DNA from: an uncultured Bacteroidota bacterium
Lineage (GTDB): Bacteria; Bacteroidota; Bacteroidia; Flavobacteriales; Flavobacteriaceae
Length of the DNA stretch: 64,000 nt
Assembly (NCBI GenBank): GCA_902512755.1
Contig: CABXKB010000003.1
Coordinates: forward strand, 2,324-66,323
Direction: 5' to 3'
Shown here: positions 9,214 through 19,542 of the stretch, piece by piece
Position numbering within the stretch: position 1 is the stretch's first letter
How the letters are laid out: each line of letters starts with the position of its first letter
Notes under the pieces: generated by a model
Databases searched by the model: none
Told to the model about the DNA's origin: nothing
The model's input: the letters and a program-made list of their open reading frames with translations, nothing else
Program-made: the position numbers and the translations under genes

Positions 9214-9243
9214 ATATACACCCCTTTTTTTATGGGGGTATAT
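9214..9243. promoter_or_regulatory. GC-cored palindrome ATATACACCCC-T7AT-GGGGGTATAT, site 2
   Basis: 10-bp inverted arms about 50 bp upstream of the porin ATG. Followed by T-rich sequence, so an attenuator hairpin is an alternative reading. Confidence 0.45.
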
Positions 9244-9290
9244 TTATTCTTATTTAGCTTTGCTAGCAAATAATCATTAATCTATTATAT

Positions 9291-10313
9291 ATGAAAAACT
9301 TAAATAAATTTTTTACACTAGTGTTTGTAGGCACTATGATGATATCTAATACTATAAATGCTCAAGATACCGACGATAGTGCACCAAAGCCAACATTTAA
9401 CTTTAGTGGAACTGTTGATACTTACTTTAGATCTAGTTTTACAGAAGATCCTGTTGCACCAGGCACTTCATTTGCTAACCTTAATGGGTTTTCACTGGGA
9501 ATGGCTAATTTTATCATCTCATATGAAGGGGAAAAATCTGGTTTCGTTGCTGATGTAGTTTTTGGACCTAGAGGTTCTGATGCAGTATTTGGATCTGTTG
9601 GAAACTCTTCTGAAATGGTAAACCAATTATATGCATATTACAATATTGCAGAAGGTGTTACCTTAACTCTAGGTAATTTTAATACTTTTTTGGGTTACGA
9701 AGTAATTTCACCAGCTGCTAACTTCAATTATTCTACATCTTATATGTTTTCATATGGCCCATTTTCTCATACTGGAGCTAAAGTGGATTTTTCAATTTCT
9801 GACGATGTTTCTTTAATGGTTGGTGTTTTCAATCAAACTGACCAAACTGAGGCTAACTATGATCGATATACTGCCTTTGGTACTCAATTAGGGCTTTATG
9901 GACAATATATTAATTTATTGGCAGGAGATGAATATTTCCAGCTTGATTATACAGGAGGATTTAATTTATCTGACAGTTTTTTCTTAGGAATTAATGCAAC
10001 TACTGCAACTCTAGCTGGAGATACAGGATTTGCTGGTGTTGCTTTATATCCTCAATTAACTACTAGTGATAGTTTTGCAATTGGTTTGCGTGGAGAATTT
10101 TTCTCTGAAACAGAAGGATTTGGGGCATTAGTTTCCGATGGAGATGCTGATAATTTTTCATTAACACTTACCGGGAGCTTTACTTCAGGTAATTTTATTT
10201 TCAAGCCGGAATTCAGAATCGATTCTGCTTCATCTGAAATTTTCTCAATCTCTCCTTCAGAAACATCAGATAGCTTGTCTTCGTTTGTATTAGCTGCTAT
10301 CTATCAATTTTAA
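9291..10313 (+). CDS. Outer-membrane beta-barrel porin, first gene of the glnK-amtB operon
   Basis: 340 aa with a signal peptide (ISNTINAQD), alternating beta-strand pattern rich in G/Y/F/T, and a C-terminal aromatic residue (AAIYQF). Lies 9 nt upstream of glnK. Confidence 0.6.
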   Translation: MKNLNKFFTLVFVGTMMISNTINAQDTDDSAPKPTFNFSGTVDTYFRSSFTEDPVAPGTSFANLNGFSLGMANFIISYEGEKSGFVADVVFGPRGSDAVFGSVGNSSEMVNQLYAYYNIAEGVTLTLGNFNTFLGYEVISPAANFNYSTSYMFSYGPFSHTGAKVDFSISDDVSLMVGVFNQTDQTEANYDRYTAFGTQLGLYGQYINLLAGDEYFQLDYTGGFNLSDSFFLGINATTATLAGDTGFAGVALYPQLTTSDSFAIGLRGEFFSETEGFGALVSDGDADNFSLTLTGSFTSGNFIFKPEFRIDSASSEIFSISPSETSDSLSSFVLAAIYQF

Positions 10314-10322
10314 AAAAATATT

Positions 10323-10661
10323 ATGAAAAAAATAGAAGCAATAATTCGAAAGTCTAAGTTTGACGATGTAAAAAAAGCTCTGCATAATGTGGAGGTAAAC
10401 TTTTTCAGCTATTGGGATGTTACTGGTGTTGGAAACGAAAAAGAGGGACATGTATATCGAGGAATCAGTTACAGTACCTCTGAGATTCAAAGACGGTTTT
10501 TGTCTATCGTAGTAAATGATGATTTTGTTCAACCTACAATAGACGCTATTATAAATTCTGCCGCAACTGACAAGGTGGGTGATGGTAAAGTTTTCGTTAC
10601 CCCTGTCGATGAAGCCTATCGTATAAGAACAGGCGAAAAAGGAGGAAAATCACTTAACTAA
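10323..10661 (+). CDS. glnK: P-II family nitrogen regulator
   Basis: 112 aa with MKKIEAIIR start, a T-loop containing YRG, and C-terminal GDGKVFVTPVDEAYRIRTGEKG. Adjacent to amtB. Confidence 0.9.
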   Translation: MKKIEAIIRKSKFDDVKKALHNVEVNFFSYWDVTGVGNEKEGHVYRGISYSTSEIQRRFLSIVVNDDFVQPTIDAIINSAATDKVGDGKVFVTPVDEAYRIRTGEKGGKSLN

Positions 10662-10680
10662 AACACAAAAACTAAAAATT

Positions 10681-11922
10681 ATGGAAAGTACTGCGCTTTT
10701 TACCGCTAATAATGTATGGATGATGATCTGTACAGCACTCGTATTTTTTATGCACCTAGGCTTCTCATTTCTAGAGATAGGGCTTACGCGTCAAAAGAAT
10801 ACAGTAAATATTTTATTTAAAAATTTCTTTGTTATCACCGCAGGGTTATTGCTATATGCTATAGGTGGTTTTAACTTAATGTATCCTGGATTCGAAGAGG
10901 GAGCTATTGGTTTTTTTAAATTCGCTGGATTTGGAATAGATGCTCCAGAGGGTGGAATGACTGCTGCGTATGCTGACGGTGGCTACACTTGGTGGACTGA
11001 TTTTCTTTTTCAAGGAATGTTTGCTGCCACAGCAGCTACAATTGTCTCAGGTGCTGTAGCTGAGAGGATTAAACTAAATAGTTTTATGCTTTTTACTATT
11101 ATCTATGTTGGATTGGTTTATCCAATTATTGGGTCTTGGAAATGGGGTGGTGGATTTTTAGATCAATGGGGGTTTTATGACTTTGCAGGATCTACTCTTG
11201 TTCACTCCGTAGGCGGATGGGCTGCATTAATTGCTGTATATCTATTAGGTGCGAGAGTAGGTAAATTCAGTTCTGATGGAAAGCCGAATGCAATTCCAGG
11301 ACACAATATTCCACTTGCTGCTGCAGGTGTATTAATCCTATGGCTAGGTTGGTTTGGATTTAATGGTGGCTCAGTATTATCAGCTGACCCTGAATTAACT
11401 TCTTTAACATTAGTAACGACTTGTTTAGCTGCTGCAGCTGGCGGAATAGCTTCAAGTATTGTTTCTAATATTTTATACAAAAATTTTGACCTAACTATGT
11501 TTATGAACGGTGTCTTAGGGGGACTTGTTGGTATCACAGCTGGCGCAGATCAGATGAGTCCTATGGACGCTATTTTTATTGGAACTATTGCTGGTGTAAT
11601 AATTGTTTTTGGTATTTCTCTTATCGATAAATTAAAATTAGATGACCCTGTCGGGGCAATTGCTGTTCACTTAATTTGTGGAATTTGGGGAACACTAGCC
11701 GTAGGTATTTTTGGCGATATGAAAGGAATAGATCAATTTATAACGCAGCTAATAGGTGTTTGCATAGTTGGTGCATTTTCAGTTACTACTTCCTTTATTA
11801 TACTTATCATTATTAAAAAAACCTTTGGACTACGTGTAGATAAAGAAGAGGAGCTAAAGGGTCTTGACCTAGCTGAACATGGAATGGATGCATATGCAGA
11901 TTTCCGATTAAATCAACATTGA
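10681..11922 (+). CDS. amtB: Ammonium transporter
   Basis: 413 aa polytopic membrane protein with Amt signatures (FAGSTLVHSVGGWAAL, GWFGFNGGS, AVHLICGIWGTL). Confidence 0.95.
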   Translation: MESTALFTANNVWMMICTALVFFMHLGFSFLEIGLTRQKNTVNILFKNFFVITAGLLLYAIGGFNLMYPGFEEGAIGFFKFAGFGIDAPEGGMTAAYADGGYTWWTDFLFQGMFAATAATIVSGAVAERIKLNSFMLFTIIYVGLVYPIIGSWKWGGGFLDQWGFYDFAGSTLVHSVGGWAALIAVYLLGARVGKFSSDGKPNAIPGHNIPLAAAGVLILWLGWFGFNGGSVLSADPELTSLTLVTTCLAAAAGGIASSIVSNILYKNFDLTMFMNGVLGGLVGITAGADQMSPMDAIFIGTIAGVIIVFGISLIDKLKLDDPVGAIAVHLICGIWGTLAVGIFGDMKGIDQFITQLIGVCIVGAFSVTTSFIILIIIKKTFGLRVDKEEELKGLDLAEHGMDAYADFRLNQH

Positions 11923-11946
11923 TTATAAATTGAATTAAAGGAATGC

Positions 11947-11976
11947 CACCTCCCATTAACGTGGGAGGTTTTTTTT
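11947..11976 (+). terminator. Rho-independent terminator after amtB
   Basis: CCTCCCA-ttaacg-TGGGAGG followed by T8. Confidence 0.8.
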
Positions 11977-12002
11977 GGTTATTTTTGGATAAAATTTCTT
12001 TT

Positions 12003-13565
12003 ATGCGTTTTATTATTTGCTTTTTGATTTTTACTGTTTATTCAATTTCATTAGCTCAAAATAAAAATACTTCGACAACCCAAGGCCCCTATAGTCAACT
12101 GATTATTCGTGGAGCAACACTAATAAATGGAAATGGAGCTCCGCCAATTGGTCCAGTTGATATCACTGTAGAAAATGATAAAATTACAGAGATAAATGTT
12201 GTTGGATATCCAGGAGTACCAATAAATATTAATAAAAGACCTCAGTTAAAAGATGGAGGTAAAGAAATTAATGCAGAGGGAATGTACGTTTTACCTGGGT
12301 TTATTGACATGCATGGTCACATAGGAGGTGTTTCTCAGGGTGCAGATTGGGAATATGTATTTAAACTTTGGTTAGCTCATGGAATTACAACTATCCGTGA
12401 ACCTAGTGGTCGTGGTGTAGAATATGCAGTTGATTTAAAAAAGCGTAGCGCTAAAAATGAAATTATTGCTCCTCGAATCTTAGCTTATACTGGTTTTGGT
12501 CAGGGTAGCAAAAATACAATAACTAGCGAAGAACAAGCACGTGAATGGGTTCGCCAAAATGCAAAAAATGGTGCGGATGGTATCAAGTTTTTTGGTGCAC
12601 AACCTCATATTATGACTGCAGCATTAGATGAAAATAAAAAATTAGGCTTACGCTCCGCCTGTCATCATGCTCAGATGAGTGTTGCCCGATGGAATGCCTT
12701 ACATTCAGCACGTGCAGGACTAACAACATTAGAACACTGGTACGGTTTACCTGAAGCTCTATTTGAAGACCGCACAGTTCAAGACTATCCGCTAGACTAT
12801 AATTATCAAAATGAACAGCATCGCTTTGGAGAAGCTGGAAAACTATGGAAACAAGCAGCTGCGCCTTATTCAGATCACTGGAATAATGTAATGAACGAAA
12901 TGATTGATTTAGATTTCACAATGGTTCCGACATTCAATATTTATGAAGCAAGCAGAGACCTTCATCGGGCAAGAAGAGCTGAGTGGCACGAGGATTATAC
13001 TTTACCATCACTTTGGCGTTTTTATCAACCAAGTAAAATTTCTCATGGTTCTTATTGGCATTTTTGGGGTACTGAAGAAGAGGTTGTCTGGAAAGAAAAC
13101 TTTAGACTTTGGATGACATTTATTAATGAGTATAAAAATAGAGGTGGAAGGGTTGCTGCAGGATCTGATTCTGGCTTTATTTTTCAATTATATGGTTTTG
13201 CTTATATCCGAGAGATGGAAATGTTAAGAGAAGCAGGCTTTCACCCTTTAGAAATAATTCGATCAGCTACCCTTAATGGAGCTGAAGCACTTGGAATAGA
13301 TGATCAAACAGGGTCAATAGAAATCGGAAAAAGTGCTGATTTTGTAATTATCGAAGAAAACCCACTCAAAAATTTTAAGGTTCTTTACGGAACAGGTGCG
13401 ATAAAGCTTACAGAAGAAAACGAAGTGGTTCGAGTAGGTGGAGTAAAGTATACAATTCGTCAGGGAGTAGTATATGATTCTAAAAAGCTTCTATTACAGG
13501 TAAAGAAAATGGTTGAAAAAGCTAAAAAAGAAGAGATGTTTAAAATTTCACAACCAGGAAAATAA
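12003..13565 (+). CDS. Secreted amidohydrolase family protein
   Basis: Metal-dependent hydrolase motifs (PGFIDMHGHIG, AAGSDSG). Starting at the ATG at 12003 gives a signal peptide (MRFIICFLIFTVYSISLAQ). The ORF-track start at 11943 lies inside the amtB terminator. Confidence 0.8.
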   Translation: MRFIICFLIFTVYSISLAQNKNTSTTQGPYSQLIIRGATLINGNGAPPIGPVDITVENDKITEINVVGYPGVPININKRPQLKDGGKEINAEGMYVLPGFIDMHGHIGGVSQGADWEYVFKLWLAHGITTIREPSGRGVEYAVDLKKRSAKNEIIAPRILAYTGFGQGSKNTITSEEQAREWVRQNAKNGADGIKFFGAQPHIMTAALDENKKLGLRSACHHAQMSVARWNALHSARAGLTTLEHWYGLPEALFEDRTVQDYPLDYNYQNEQHRFGEAGKLWKQAAAPYSDHWNNVMNEMIDLDFTMVPTFNIYEASRDLHRARRAEWHEDYTLPSLWRFYQPSKISHGSYWHFWGTEEEVVWKENFRLWMTFINEYKNRGGRVAAGSDSGFIFQLYGFAYIREMEMLREAGFHPLEIIRSATLNGAEALGIDDQTGSIEIGKSADFVIIEENPLKNFKVLYGTGAIKLTEENEVVRVGGVKYTIRQGVVYDSKKLLLQVKKMVEKAKKEEMFKISQPGK

Positions 13566-13573
13566 ATAAAATT

Positions 13574-14428
13574 TTGAAAAAACTTACCCTATTAATGCAT
13601 TGTCCCGATCAGAAGGGAATCATAGCAGACGTGACTCAATTTATCCATAAAAACAATGGAAATATAATCTATATCGACCAATACGTAGATCGAATTCATA
13701 AGAGTTTTTTTATGCGTGTTGTAATAGAAAGTGAATTTAAAAAAACTTCATTTGAAGATTTTAAAGACTCTTTTAATCTTGAGATAGGAGAACTATATAC
13801 TCTAAGATGTTCGTTTTATTTAGCAGAAAACATTCCCAATATGGCCATATTTGTGTCTAAATATGATCACTGTTTATATGATATATTATCACAACAGCGT
13901 TCTGGAAAATTAGTCTGTAAAATACCCTTTATATTAAGTAATCATAAGGATTTAAATCTTATAGCAAAACAATTTAATGTTCCTTTTTACTTCATCCCTG
14001 TTGAAAAAGACAGCAAAGCTGAAGCAGAACAAAAACAACTTGAATTGTTGAAAAAATACAATGTAGACTGTATTGTTCTAGCGAGATACATGCAGATAGT
14101 ATCGAATCGTCTTTTGGACTCCTATCCTAATCGAATAATAAATATTCACCACTCTTTTTTACCTGCTTTTCCAGGCGCTAAACCATATCACTCGGCATTT
14201 AATCGTGGAGTTAAAATCATAGGAGCTACTAGTCACTATGTAACAGAAGAACTTGATGCGGGTCCAATAATTGAACAAGACATAGTAAGAGTATCTCATG
14301 AACACGAGGTAAATGATTTTATATTAAAGGGTCAAGATTTAGAAAGAATTGTGTTATTACGTGCCTTAAAGCAACATTGCGATCGAAAGATTATGGTATA
14401 CAATAACAAAACCGTAATATTCAATTAG
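13574..14428 (+). CDS. purU: Formyltetrahydrofolate deformylase
   Basis: N-terminal ACT domain (LLMHCPDQKGIIADV) plus formyltransferase core (INIHHSFLPAFPGAKPYHSAF, HYVTEELDAGPII). TTG start in the track; an alternative ATG is at 13595. Confidence 0.9.
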   Translation: MKKLTLLMHCPDQKGIIADVTQFIHKNNGNIIYIDQYVDRIHKSFFMRVVIESEFKKTSFEDFKDSFNLEIGELYTLRCSFYLAENIPNMAIFVSKYDHCLYDILSQQRSGKLVCKIPFILSNHKDLNLIAKQFNVPFYFIPVEKDSKAEAEQKQLELLKKYNVDCIVLARYMQIVSNRLLDSYPNRIINIHHSFLPAFPGAKPYHSAFNRGVKIIGATSHYVTEELDAGPIIEQDIVRVSHEHEVNDFILKGQDLERIVLLRALKQHCDRKIMVYNNKTVIFN

Positions 14429-15198
14429 TCTTTTAATAAATAGGAAAGTAGAGAAGTGTTAAATTGTTCTGATTGATCAATATTTACAACATGCCCAGAG
14501 TCAATTATGGTAATTAGAGACGAAGATTTATGATGACTCACAATTTTTTTTACGAAGGGTAAAAACATATAATCCTGCTCACCCATAAGATATAAAACAG
14601 GTTTTTTTACTTCAAATGCCCTTATTTTTTGAAGTAATGGCAAAATAGAATCAGTCAATTTATACCAGCGTTTAAATTCTTTTTGAGATAATTTTTTAGC
14701 TTCATTAATAAAAAACGCTCTAGATCGCCTATGGTTTTTATAAGGCATGATCACGTAAGCAAAAAAAGTGTATATCCATATAAATGGAAGTATACTTTGT
14801 GTCAAGTTACCCAAAAACATTAAAAGTCTAGATTGTATATTTAGATTTAAAATTGCACCACCTAGACCTATCTTCTCCACCCTATTTTGATGATTAAAAA
14901 GCATGTATTGAATCAAAATACTCCCTAGAGAAATACCTACAAAATTTGACTTTTTAATTTTATTTAAATCTAAAACCTGAATAAGGTCTTCGATAATTTG
15001 ATCAAAATTATATTGAGTTCCCTCTGGAGATGCTTCTGATTTTCCGTGCCCTCTTAGGTCAATCAGTAATATATTAAAATATTTCTTAAAAAAACGCACC
15101 TGATTAAACCATATAGAGGAACTACCTCCAGCACCATGAATAAATGTAATCCACTTTTTAGAGTTATTTACCGAAGGATAGATGACATGATAAAGCAT
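14425..15198 (-). CDS. Alpha/beta hydrolase
   Basis: 257 aa with HGAGGSS oxyanion region, nucleophile elbow GISLGS and a C-terminal SGH. Confidence 0.75.
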   Translation of the reverse strand: MLYHVIYPSVNNSKKWITFIHGAGGSSSIWFNQVRFFKKYFNILLIDLRGHGKSEASPEGTQYNFDQIIEDLIQVLDLNKIKKSNFVGISLGSILIQYMLFNHQNRVEKIGLGGAILNLNIQSRLLMFLGNLTQSILPFIWIYTFFAYVIMPYKNHRRSRAFFINEAKKLSQKEFKRWYKLTDSILPLLQKIRAFEVKKPVLYLMGEQDYMFLPFVKKIVSHHKSSSLITIIDSGHVVNIDQSEQFNTSLLSYLLKD

Positions 15199-16028
15199 TA
15201 GATTAAACCCTTGAATTTTAAAAGCAACTCCATTTCTTCTTGTAACTTTTTTGCTTGATTCGCCGCTGCATCTGCAAAATCATTTTTTTGAGAGGCGTAG
15301 ATAATTCCTCGAGAGGAATTTACTAATAAACCACATTGATCATTCATTCCATTTTTGGCTACTTCAGCAAGAATTCCACCCTGTGCTCCTATTCCTGGAA
15401 CTAATAAAAAAGAATTAGGAACTAATTTTCGAATTGATGAAAATGCTTCCGCTTTTGTTGCGCCAACTACATACATAAGTCGCTCGTTGTTTTTCCAATC
15501 CAAACTAGTTTTTAAAACTTTTTCAAAAAGGAGTTGATCTTTTTCTTGGGTGTATTGAAAATCAGCAGCACTTTCATTAGAGGTTAACGCAAGAAGAATC
15601 GCATATTTATCTTCAAAAGCTAGAAAAGGTTCTACAGAGTCTCGACCCATATATGGCGCAACAGTTATAGAATCAACTGCATAAGTGTTAAAGAATGCTT
15701 TTGCATAACGACCTGCAGTGTTTCCTATATCCCCTCTTTTTGCATCTGCAATGGTAAAATGATTGGGATGATTTATATTCAGATAATTAATTACTTTTTT
15801 AAAAGCTTTCCATCCTTGAATACCATAAGATTCAAAGAAAGCCAAGTTTGGTTTATAGGCAACTGCGTAGTTATGTGTGGAATCTATAATAGCTTTGGCG
15901 AAAGCAAAAATAGGGTCTTCTTCTTCTTCAAGTAAATGTTTAGGGATTTTATCTAAATCAATATCTAAACCTACACAGAGAAAAGAAGCTTTTAATTTTA
16001 TTTGCTCAAAAAGAAATGAATTGGTCAT
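15198..16028 (-). CDS. pyrF: Orotidine-5'-phosphate decarboxylase (long type 2)
   Basis: 276 aa with motifs [16 protein letters not shown] and PGIGAQGG. Confidence 0.9.
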   Translation of the reverse strand: MTNSFLFEQIKLKASFLCVGLDIDLDKIPKHLLEEEEDPIFAFAKAIIDSTHNYAVAYKPNLAFFESYGIQGWKAFKKVINYLNINHPNHFTIADAKRGDIGNTAGRYAKAFFNTYAVDSITVAPYMGRDSVEPFLAFEDKYAILLALTSNESAADFQYTQEKDQLLFEKVLKTSLDWKNNERLMYVVGATKAEAFSSIRKLVPNSFLLVPGIGAQGGILAEVAKNGMNDQCGLLVNSSRGIIYASQKNDFADAAANQAKKLQEEMELLLKFKGLI

Positions 16029-17101
16029 AATACTTCTCCAGCTTCTTTTAGCTTTTCTGTGTTTTGATACAACTTCAGTTCATCAATAATTTTTTGAATA
16101 TCACCGTTTATAAAATTAGGAAGATCATAAAGAGTTACACCAATACGATGATCAGTAACCCTGCCTTGAGGATAATTATATGTTCGAATCTTTGCAGATC
16201 TATCTCCTGAAGAAACAAGGGAATTTCGCTTTTCTGCATCAGAAGCTAATTTTTTAGAAAGTTCAAGTTCATATAATCGAGAGCGTAAAACTTTAAGGGC
16301 TTTATCCTTGTTTTTGTGCTGTGATTTTTGATCTTGACATTGAGCAACAATACCTGTGGGTTCATGAGTAAGGCGAACCGCTGAGTAAGTTGTATTAACT
16401 GATTGTCCTCCAGGTCCTGAAGAACAGAAATAATCAACTCTAACTTCATTCATATCAATATCTACATCAAATTCTTCTGCTTCAGGTAAAACCATAACAG
16501 TTGAAGCGGAAGTATGAACTCGACCTTGTGTCTCAGTTTGAGGAACACGCTGAACTCGGTGAACTCCAGATTCATATTTAAGAGTTCCATAGACATCTTC
16601 ACCTGAAACTTCAAAAATAACCTCTTTAAATCCCCCAGAAGTTCCATCACTAGAATCCACAAAACTTACATTCCAGTTCTTGGACTGACAATATTTGGTG
16701 TACATGCGATAAAGATCGCCAGCAAAAATACTCGCCTCATCACCACCAGTTCCAGCACGAATTTCAACTACTACATTTTTTCCGTCTTCAGGATCTTTTG
16801 GAATTAGTAAAAATTTAATTTCTTCTTCTAATTCTGGGAGTTGTTCTTTTACAGATTCAACTTCAATCTTAGCCATAGCAACCATTTCACTGTCTATTTC
16901 ATTTTTAAGCAGTAATTCTGCCTCCTGTAGGTTAGAAAGTAAAGTATTGTATATTTTGATTTTTTCAACCATTAAAGACAAGTCCTTATACTCTTTATTG
17001 AGCTGGATATATCGTTTTTGATCTGAAATGATATCGGGCTGAATAATTAGATCTGACACCTCATCAAAACGCTGTTGAATTATTTGTAATTTTTCTATCA
17101 T
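16025..17101 (-). CDS. prfA: Peptide chain release factor 1
   Basis: 358 aa with GGQ motif ([11 protein letters not shown]) and an RF1-type tripeptide region ([13 protein letters not shown]). No frameshift site. Confidence 0.95.
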   Translation of the reverse strand: MIEKLQIIQQRFDEVSDLIIQPDIISDQKRYIQLNKEYKDLSLMVEKIKIYNTLLSNLQEAELLLKNEIDSEMVAMAKIEVESVKEQLPELEEEIKFLLIPKDPEDGKNVVVEIRAGTGGDEASIFAGDLYRMYTKYCQSKNWNVSFVDSSDGTSGGFKEVIFEVSGEDVYGTLKYESGVHRVQRVPQTETQGRVHTSASTVMVLPEAEEFDVDIDMNEVRVDYFCSSGPGGQSVNTTYSAVRLTHEPTGIVAQCQDQKSQHKNKDKALKVLRSRLYELELSKKLASDAEKRNSLVSSGDRSAKIRTYNYPQGRVTDHRIGVTLYDLPNFINGDIQKIIDELKLYQNTEKLKEAGEVL

Positions 17102-17143
17102 TAGATTACAAATTTACAAATTGTAAAAGTATTTTAAACTAGA

Positions 17144-17686
17144 TTATCTTTTTAAGACAATAGAATATTTTATATCAAGTATATTTTTCATTTTAATAGA
17201 TAAGAATGAAGGTAACTCAATTTTGAAATCGGTTGGTGTAAGTTTAAAATTTCCTGAAAATTCCCAGGTCGAAATTTCAGTTTTTAAATTTGCGGAAAAC
17301 TCTTTATCAATTTTAACTCCATGGAAATCAAAGGTGCCCTTGATATTCACCTTATTGTCTAAAATTTTAATGGCCTCTGAGTAAAATCTAATTTCAGGAT
17401 AATTTAGCACTTCAAGGACCTCCAAAGCATGGGCATCTCTGCCTGAATTATCACTATAAAAATCTCGTGCATAAATCAAAATAGCTAGTTTTTCAATTCT
17501 ATCATCCGATAAATTAGGTATTGCTATTCCATTTACATTATTATTGATTCCCTCCCAAGAATGAAGTAAATGATATCCTTTATAAGTGATGAATGACACC
17601 TCGGAATCAATTTTCCATTGCTTATTTTGTCCATATGATAGTCCAATTAAGAGAAATAAAAAGCAGAAAATATACTTATGCCTCAT
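17144..17686 (-). CDS. YceI-like family protein
   Basis: 180 aa with a signal peptide. Beta-barrel lipid-binding pattern (SEVSFITYKG...HGV..E) resembling the YceI domain. Confidence 0.65.
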   Translation of the reverse strand: MRHKYIFCFLFLLIGLSYGQNKQWKIDSEVSFITYKGYHLLHSWEGINNNVNGIAIPNLSDDRIEKLAILIYARDFYSDNSGRDAHALEVLEVLNYPEIRFYSEAIKILDNKVNIKGTFDFHGVKIDKEFSANLKTEISTWEFSGNFKLTPTDFKIELPSFLSIKMKNILDIKYSIVLKR

Positions 17687-18288
17687 TATTCAAATTTAAA
17701 AACTAAAATAGCTGTAGCAAAACTTCCAACTGCAGTATAAGCAGATATTTTATGAATATTTTTGTTTTTATTTTTAAAAATATTTGTGGCTAACATAGCT
17801 GAAAAATGAATAGATGCTAAATATTTATGTGCTTTTATGGAATTTAACCCTTTGGTTTTTTTATTTGTTAACGGGGGTGGAGAAAAAAGTGATAAACCAG
17901 CCCCAGTAAAATAACTAATTGAAGTTAAATTACCTATAAGCTTGTGTGTTTTATATAGGTCATACTTTCCTTTGTAAAGTTGAGAACCAATTATACCTTG
18001 AGCAAGCATTCCTGCAAGGGTAGCGTATCCAATAACTTGGTGTAATTTCAGCATTGACCTTCTTAACTTAAGTTCCTTTTGACGCTGTTCCTTATTCAGT
18101 GGAAACACACCTGTTTTTCGCATTAAACCTCCTTCTCCCCAAAATACTTTTTGTGTAAAAATCATTCGATCTGGCAGCAGTGAGTTATCTTTAACTGTTT
18201 GAGACCGAAGTGAATCAAATAACTCACTCTGTTGTCCAATAACTGAAAAGGAAAGAAATAAGAACAATATTAATATTGTATTCTTCAA
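17686..18288 (-). CDS. Hypothetical membrane protein
   Basis: 200 aa with a signal peptide plus 3-4 hydrophobic helices. Overlaps the yceI-like gene by 1 nt. No motif recognised. Confidence 0.4.
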   Translation of the reverse strand: MKNTILILFLFLSFSVIGQQSELFDSLRSQTVKDNSLLPDRMIFTQKVFWGEGGLMRKTGVFPLNKEQRQKELKLRRSMLKLHQVIGYATLAGMLAQGIIGSQLYKGKYDLYKTHKLIGNLTSISYFTGAGLSLFSPPPLTNKKTKGLNSIKAHKYLASIHFSAMLATNIFKNKNKNIHKISAYTAVGSFATAILVFKFE

Positions 18289-18305
18289 TACTTAGTCTTT
18301 TTAAG

Positions 18306-19478
18306 CTAGTTCGGGTATTTAAAAGTACCGTAATTTGTTACTAAGGTTAACTTTTTTTCTTTAGCTTTTTCTACCCGACCTATGATTTTAGCATCAACAG
18401 AAAAAGATTTTGATATATTTATTATTTCCTTAGCGATTATTGGACTTACATACAACTCCATACGATGTCCCATATTAAAAACTTGGTACATCTCTCTTGG
18501 GGAAGTTCCTGATTCTTTTTGAATTAAATCAAATAGTGGAGGAACTTCAAAAAGTTGATCTTTAATAATGTGTAAATGATCAATGAAATTTAAAACCTTT
18601 GTCTGGGCTCCTCCAGTACAATGGACCATGCCGTCGATTGAATTTCTACCTATTTGACTGAATATTTTCTGAATTACAGGGGCATATGTTCTTGTTGGCG
18701 AAAGGACGAGCTTACCTATATCAATCGAAACTCCTTCTAAAATTTCAGTTAAGGAACGCGTTCCTGAATAAATTAAATCCTTAGGCACTAAAGGATCATA
18801 ACTTTCAGGGTGTTTTCTGGCTAAAGATTTTGAAAATACATCATGTCGTGCGGAAGTAAGTCCATTACTTCCCATACCACCATTGTACTCCTTTTCGTAA
18901 TTAGCCAATCCAGAAGAGGATAATCCCACAATAACATTTCCTGATTGAATATTTGCATTATTAATGACATCTTTTTTATTGATTCGTGCCATAACTGTCG
19001 AATCAACTATAATTGTTCGAACCAAATCTCCAACATCGGCAGTTTCTCCACCTGTACTATAAATGCTAACTCCCCATTTTCTAAGTTCATTTAATAAATC
19101 TTCAGTTCCTTCAATAATGGCGGAAATAACTTCACCAGGAATATGATTTTTATTTCTTCCTATAGTTGAAGAAAGAAGTATGTTTTCAGTAACACCAACA
19201 CAGAGTAAATCATCTATATTCATTATTATAGCATCTTTAGCAATTCCCCTCCATACTGAAATATCACCTGTTTCTTTCCAATAAATATAGGCCAAGGCAG
19301 ATTTGGTGCCTGCACCATCAGCATGCATTACTAGGGCGTGGTCATTACTTGGTGTAATTAAATCTGGTATTATTTTACAAAAAGCTTTTGGATACAGGCC
19401 TTTATCAATGTTTTTGATAGCATTATGAACATCTTCTTTTTGAGCAGAAACACCGCGTTGACTATAGCGATTCGACAT
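18306..19478 (-). CDS. purM: AIR synthase family protein (phosphoribosylformylglycinamidine cyclo-ligase)
   Basis: 390 aa with PurM-like N and C domains (HADGAGTK, GGETADVGDL, VHCTGGAQTK). Confidence 0.75.
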   Translation of the reverse strand: MSNRYSQRGVSAQKEDVHNAIKNIDKGLYPKAFCKIIPDLITPSNDHALVMHADGAGTKSALAYIYWKETGDISVWRGIAKDAIIMNIDDLLCVGVTENILLSSTIGRNKNHIPGEVISAIIEGTEDLLNELRKWGVSIYSTGGETADVGDLVRTIIVDSTVMARINKKDVINNANIQSGNVIVGLSSSGLANYEKEYNGGMGSNGLTSARHDVFSKSLARKHPESYDPLVPKDLIYSGTRSLTEILEGVSIDIGKLVLSPTRTYAPVIQKIFSQIGRNSIDGMVHCTGGAQTKVLNFIDHLHIIKDQLFEVPPLFDLIQKESGTSPREMYQVFNMGHRMELYVSPIIAKEIINISKSFSVDAKIIGRVEKAKEKKLTLVTNYGTFKYPN

Positions 19479-19542
19479 ATTTTAACTTTCTATAAAATTA
19501 AGTTTTTTGTTTCGTGTATTTTGATGTAGCTCTTTATAGTTA

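Noticed and set aside
9117-9290. Glutamine riboswitch (glnA RNA motif) in the amt or GS leaders.
   Set aside because: I saw none of the conserved GGAAG / AAGGAACG-type segments I recall for that motif. The palindromes reported above have a different form. cmsearch would be decisive.
11943-12002. ORF-track start of the amidohydrolase at 11943 (MPPPINVGGFFWLF...).
   Set aside because: These codons are the amtB terminator hairpin and its T-run read as protein. The ATG at 12003 gives a normal signal peptide.
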